This document shows positions 57,907 to 64,000 of a DNA stretch of 64,000 nucleotides, in pieces. The notes below the pieces were generated by a model. That model saw only the letters and a program-made list of their open reading frames with translations. It did not search any database and was not told the origin of the DNA. How positions within the stretch are numbered: the first letter of the stretch is position 1; the number at the start of each line of letters is the position of its first letter. This DNA comes from Stylophora pistillata. Its lineage: Eukaryota. The position numbers and the translations under genes were made by a program. The stretch spans positions 1 to 64,000 of the forward strand of contig NW_019217876.1 in the NCBI RefSeq assembly GCF_002571385.2, written 5' to 3'.

Positions 57907-60038
57907 CGAACATCAGAGTGAGGACGTCCGAAAATTATTTAATTTTCTTCCCGGAGGGATCAGAATGCATATTCTCTCAACAGATTTCGTAGAAGAATTC
58001 CAAAGCCCCACGATCTCTTACAATAAGGGATCTTACAAAGATGTCAGTGTCTAAGGATATGAAGGGAAAGCAGTCGACTTTACTTTTAGAAAGTAAATGA
58101 AAGTGTACCTGAACTTAAGGATGCTCTGCATATTTCTGAGACATGACTACACTGTACACTCTCCTTTTTGATTCGGTTAAAGGGAACTTATTTTTCATAA
58201 CAGAAAAATCCACGGAGCTTCCTTTTCATTTTAACCCTAACCCAAACGGGATGTTAAGATTAACTTTATATTCAGCACGAACCCATGAATTCAGCCGCAG
58301 ACATCAGTTACGTAAGGGTAAACATTACAAAAGAAGGCGACAAGAGAAATGATTAGACAACACAGAAGAAATAGACACATTTGACTTTATCCGTTTCTTA
58401 GAGTTAGCGAAGCCGGAAATTTTTGCAGCCCAATTAAAATCAAACAGGGCACAAGATTTTTGTCACAAAACTAATTAAAATGGCAACATTAGATCACCTT
58501 TCCGTGCTTTATTCGACAAATCTTATGTTCAGCATGTGTTGAAAGATAAAGATTGATGTTGCCCCCAGTACGTAGTTAGAAATGATAAGACCCTTTCCTT
58601 TCCATCTTTGGAGAGCTATTAGTTTTAACAAAGCGTGATTGTAAACAGGGTAAATTTAAAATATCGCAGCTGGATCAATATCATGTTTCAAAACTAGTTA
58701 GAAGAAAAAAAGATGCAGTTGCATCGAGATCGAGTTGGAATTTTCTCGCGAAGGAATAATAAAGGTCCATAAGAAAACACTTCGGACAAAGCTAGGATGA
58801 GAGTAAACAAAACACTCAAATTTGCGAGGCGCCCGAACCAAATATAAGCCAGCTCTCTTAGACTTCGTTGTTTTGACTCTACGAATTCGTGAAAAAATTT
58901 GGTTCAAACAAGATTCGCACACGCTGATTATCGCATGGAATAAACACTTGTTAAGCTTATAATGATCAACACTACTTTCTCGCTTGTTCCAATAATACAA
59001 ACACACGCCTTTGGGGTGTACTGTATTAAAATAAAGTATGATATCAACAACAATAGCTTGTAAAGAAAAAAGGAAGTTAATCGATCATTGCAGTTGTGAC
59101 TGAGGAGTCTTTAAATATCCTGTAAAACTGACAGGAAGTCTTTGAGTTGGGCGAACACGGTTGGAAAATATCTTCAAGTCAGTACAAGTCGTTATTCCCC
59201 GAACTCTTTCCGGCCAACCAGCATAACGCTGAAAGACGAGGATTTCTTCTTCTGAGAAAAATGGTTTTGGTGCGAAGAGTATTTTTGGTCACCTTTGATT
59301 GACCTTGAAAATAATTTCAGTCTTTCGTATTCTTAAAGCACTGCTGCAACAGTTTCTTTCAGAATGCGAGCATTTCAACCACAAACGGAAGAGTTCATAG
59401 GCGTGTATTTCCTGAGGAAAAGATGAAAATTAAAATCGGTCTTTCTTGTAAAGTTATGCAGCTGAGGTTAAAGAAGAAAAGAAAGAATCAAGACAATAAA
59501 GCTTTAAAAAAGTTGCTAATAATTGTTTTATTTAATCTAAATCGTGTACAAGAGTCGAAAAACAAAAATGACTCAAAGCACTTCCCCTCAGGAAAAAGTC
59601 AGGAGACCTCTACAAAGGAAGTTTTGAGATGTTCACTTCCATCCACACACAGTATCATACATGATAAGCGCGGAGAAGGAATATCCAGTTGGGTAATGAT
59701 TGCAAATTTGTGAAATAATACGACTTGGTTCATGATGATCATCTAAAGTTAGCGTTTTAGAATTTATGCTTCTTGTGCTTTTTTCTGGAAGGGAAACATC
59801 GATCGTGTTTGAAATGTAGTTTATTCTCGCCGTCACTTCAGGGAGTGCTGACATAAACAGGAATTGATTTTTTAAACTGACAGTTGATGTTACAGCAAAA
59901 ACCACGTGACATTATTGATTTAATACCTGCACTCAGCTCGGCTAGTCAGCAGTGAGCGAGAGTCTTACCGCCATTGTGAACGTCCACAGCATTGAGATTC
60001 CAGGTCGGTTTGCAGGTTTAGCTTGAGACTTCACAAAA

Positions 60039-62026
60039 ATGGAAAGACCTCTGATCTACACCCTCTTCTTTATTAGTTTACTGGGCACAGGTAAGGCAGA
60101 TTTAGAGGAAAGCAAATTTAATTTTAGCCCTTCTGGGTAATACGGCGAAACTTCGCGCAAAACAGTAGAGAAAATTCACAAAATGGATAGAATGCGCACC
60201 ACTGATATGACATTAAATAACCAGCTAACAATGGGGTTTAAATGTCTGCTAATAACTCAAAAAGTTTTACCAAATTCTTCTGTGGCAGGTTCATAATTAC
60301 CTGTTGCCTGTTATTCAGTGTTTCAGGTATTTTTTTGACATAGGTGAAGTTTCATGTTCACGTCTTATCCAGAAAAAGATAAAAATACAAGAGAGGGGAA
60401 CATGTGGAAACTGTGGCAACAAGCCCCGTAATGCTTCCGTTTGGCAACAGGCACTGATTTTGGCTCAAAAATTCCTAGTAAAGGGTTGAGCAAACAGTGT
60501 CAGTGAATAATATTTTCTGTGATATTACAGAAATTATTGAGCTGATGCACTGGTGGGGCTAGCTTCACTATGTTCAGAACATTCAATGATCACTTTTTCT
60601 TTTACAGATGAATATTTGTATAGACTTGAGAATGGGATAAATCAGTGCATTGAAATAAAAAAATTTCAGTCTAAAGCGGCAGGGAATTGCAAGTGTTTTG
60701 TCAGTATCTAGAAATTTAAGTGTTATTGATTCTTTTCCAATTGTTTAACACAATTCAATCTCCTGTCTACAAAACATTTCGGCATGTGCAAATATTTTTG
60801 ACTGACAGCCAAGGGTGGTAAAAAACACAGCCTAACTCTTATCTTTTCGATTCGCACGTTTCGCGGAAATACTGTTGGAAGCTTGATCCTTTAGAATTTT
60901 AAAGCTATCTGCCACTCCTTTAGGTATAATTAAAGTTTTTCTTCATAAATTCCGACACGAGCTCGGCGCCATTTGTCTGTTACGCAATAAATGTGCGCTT
61001 TGTGATTGATCGGGGCCTGCGATCTATTGTACTCAAATGATTTCAGCCGGTCATAGGACAGTAATCTTTGTATGTCGCTATTATCAACTTTAAGCTAAAA
61101 GAGTGGAAATGTTGTTGCTGTGTCATTTTTTAATATTTTTGATTTCCACAAATCCTTCAGTTTCGTGCTCAGAGAGGAGCTGTAAACTACGGTACGATTT
61201 CTTAATTTTCTTCTCCATGTTTTCAGGCCTGTCGTTGATGTGCCATACATGTTACTCACAGAAGTCTGGGGCCGATTGTACACGTAACGTTACTCCCCGT
61301 AACTGTAGTGGCATTCTGGACGTCTGTATGTCAGTCCGAAGAACAGCAACGCTCACCAATGGAAACACTGTGCACGAGTTTGCAAAGTCCTGTTTCATGG
61401 ACGGTCTATGCACGCACTTCTTTTGTGAACAGAAACACGATCACGAAAAAAAAGTGGTTTGTCATCTTGACTGCTGCACGACCTCTCTCTGCAATACAAG
61501 GTTAGGGAGAATCCAAAAAAGTTGTTTTTCCTTTAACCGGTTTCCATGTGTTTTAGCTTATTTTAAGAGCGAAGACCAAAGTTGAAACATCCTCGAATTC
61601 TTCAATTCTTAAATCACCAAACAATTGCTTTCGTTTCTATGTGTGCGATGGAGAAACAACTCAGCCTTCCATCCAGATGAGACTAATTAGTTTCGTGCCC
61701 AGACCTTTCACGACCATCGCCTACATTTCAGTTACAGTTACACGGTAGGATCTGGGAACGAGATTAGAGGGTGGGGGAAGGGGGCATGGCAGAACTCTCA
61801 GCCACCGCATGCCACGGATACCTGGATAAGATTCGGCGCGTTTTAGGTCACGTGGCTTGAGTCCACACTTGCTTAACTAGTTAGCCTTCTCAATCTTAAA
61901 AATTGTCTTTGTCTCAAAGGCGTCTCTCTTCTCTTCCTTTTTAGACCATTACCAACGATCAAAGGGAGTACAAGGAGGACAATCAAAAGTAAAGCGCGTA
62001 ACCCCTTACAACCTGAGTCAAACTGA
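60039..62026 (+). CDS. Secreted Ly6/uPAR (three-finger) domain protein, about 135 aa
   Basis: Signal-peptide exon 60039-60090 (MERPLIYTLFFISLLGT), LU-domain exon 61227-61500 (LMCHTC ... CCTTSLCN, 12 Cys) and basic tail exon 61945-62026. AATAAA at 62194. The 3' exon is less certain. Confidence 0.8.
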
Positions 62027-64000
62027 ATACCCTCAGGGTTTCATTGGTTATCTTAACCACCCAACAGGGTACCCAGGATAATGCTGCTTTAAATCCGCAT
62101 TATAATTTCAAACGCCATGTATTTTTAATGATTATAGTATCGTTTATATCGAACTATTGTATAAACTGCAATTTTCCATGCTGTAAAATCTCTAATAAAG
62201 AATATTTTGTCCAGAAGATTTATTTAATGCCTTGGACCAATAATGAAGGAAGTCGTTATCGACTCTGGTAACGCCTTACATAGATACATAGATGTTAACT
62301 GACCACTCCCCATGGGGGCTTTTCAGGGCCAATTCCCACCCAGCAACCACCCCAGGGGAGGACATCCATCACACAGTAACCGCCGTCAACAATACTCCTT
62401 CTTTGGACAAACCTCAAGTGGGGGAGGGTGGACGATCAGATTACACAGTCAAGAGATACTCCCGGGGTTAAAAATAATTTTTTTTAAGGTACCGAAAAAG
62501 CTTCATTGATGTGTTCTTTTCTTGGAACTGATTAAACAAAATAATTAATCCTTTTTTGCATCTAATATCTATTATTCATTATTCCGCTTTCACTCTTACA
62601 AATTCTCATCGCCCATCCTTCCGTGGAATCCGATCTTTTACGAATGCGCCCTCACGATAATCTATGTTTGAAAGAGAGGAGGTCAGTTTCTGAAATCGTA
62701 ATACTTGAGCATAAAACATTTTCAGAGAAACTGGCATAAATCCACGAACGATATCAACCATTTTTTTTTTTTTAGGAAAAATGTAAGTAAAGCTCGTTAA
62801 TTACGTACTTACTCCCGTGGAAAAAAGTATATGAACGAACCTTATCGGTTATTCTAAAAGTGCGGGTAGATATGATGACAGCTCTTTTAAAATATCAACG
62901 CTTAGAAACTTAGAAGAGTTCTCCGCTTCTTGGTAAACCTTTTGATCACGTTTTGTCACGGTTTATGACTTCAAAGTGACAATTTTTTTAATTGCAGGTG
63001 CAGACACAACAATTTACTATTCAACACCTTCACCGGTTTAACTCTGAACCTACTTATCTTGAGAAGTGAAACTTTTTTTAAACTGTTAAGAATGGTTAAC
63101 TTTTTTTAATTTAAGAAACATGTTGTTGCTGTTGCGTGGATTCAAAGAAAAACAAACATGACAACAAGCGTCATCACGAACCAAATTTATCATTTTAGCT
63201 TATTTTTTTTCCGCCTTAACGTATGTCGCGCCCCCATCCATTTGGCTCACGGTGTTATGGAGCTCCCTTCGTTTTTTATTGAACAAGAAAACCGTTCTCC
63301 CGTAAGAGATGATGTTGAACCTTTGTATGCAAATTTCGTTTTTACATTCTAACTTGTACCTATGCACTGATCAGTTGTAATTTCTGTTGGTGATGTTGAT
63401 ATTTCTCGCTTGACAGCTGAATGACAAATACAATGACAGTCTTTATCATTGAGAAAAACACTTCCAGTCATCATTAAAATTAAAGCTTAGTCCGTGACCT
63501 ATTACAAGTGGTTCGTAAATAAATTTATCATGGTTAACTGCTCAGAAAAATCAGTCACATTAAAGCGCAGTGGATTTTTTCTATCAGTAGATAATTTGGT
63601 CTTATTAACTGAGTTGATAATGTTAATTTGTCGCCTTAAGGAGTTTCAATCCAAGAAGTTCTACAGTAAAACAGATTTCCTTTTTCCTGTCTTTTATTTT
63701 ACCTTCATTATGCGAATTATAGGGTAGTTTTTTATTTTGTTTCCCCTATTAAGTACCTTTTGTCATCATTATTCTTTTATTTACCTCTTTGTCAACTGTG
63801 CAAATGAGCGTTAATTCTAAAATTTATTCCGTTTTTCACTCTACGGAACAGGTGGCTACATTCTGCAATTAGGGGACGTATATGATGTGATCACTCCCTC
63901 GTTTAGAACAAGACTTATCACAAAACATATTTTTTACATAGAGCAATAATGCTTTAAAATTCAGTTGCCGGTTTCTGAAACGAGATATTTCATTTCATAC

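Noticed and set aside
496-62026. Functional pairing of the ion channel with the Ly6 protein (lynx/sleepless-like modulation)
   Set aside because: They are about 56 kb apart with unrelated genes between, and there is no sequence evidence of linkage.

Overview
This is AT-rich, intron-rich animal genomic DNA. The repeat families and gene content suggest a cnidarian, probably a scleractinian coral (inference). All gene models were assembled by hand from GT-AG boundaries and reading-frame continuity. In order, the genes are: (1) the 3' half of a pentameric ligand-gated ion channel with prokaryote-like, Cys-less features (+); (2) HADHB, 20 exons, 475 aa (-); (3) head-to-head with it, a very large ~3,700-aa protein with 17 extended Tudor domains and alternative acidic C-termini (+); (4) a spliced DUF218(YdcF/SanA/ElyC)-LACC1/FAMIN(YfiH) fusion ending in a CaaX box (-); (5) EIF2S1 (-); (6) an intronless NRY-type class A GPCR bracketed by a ~370-bp inverted repeat (-); (7) a secreted Ly6/three-finger protein (+). 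Introns carry tRNA-derived SINEs, several MITE families and short hammerhead-ribozyme-bearing (Penelope-type) insertions with target-site duplications. There are two N-gaps (42409-42542, 45808-46762) and one single N (36875). The strongest leads are the DUF218-LACC1-CaaX fusion, the inverted repeat around the GPCR, the 17-Tudor scaffold and the hammerhead mini-elements.
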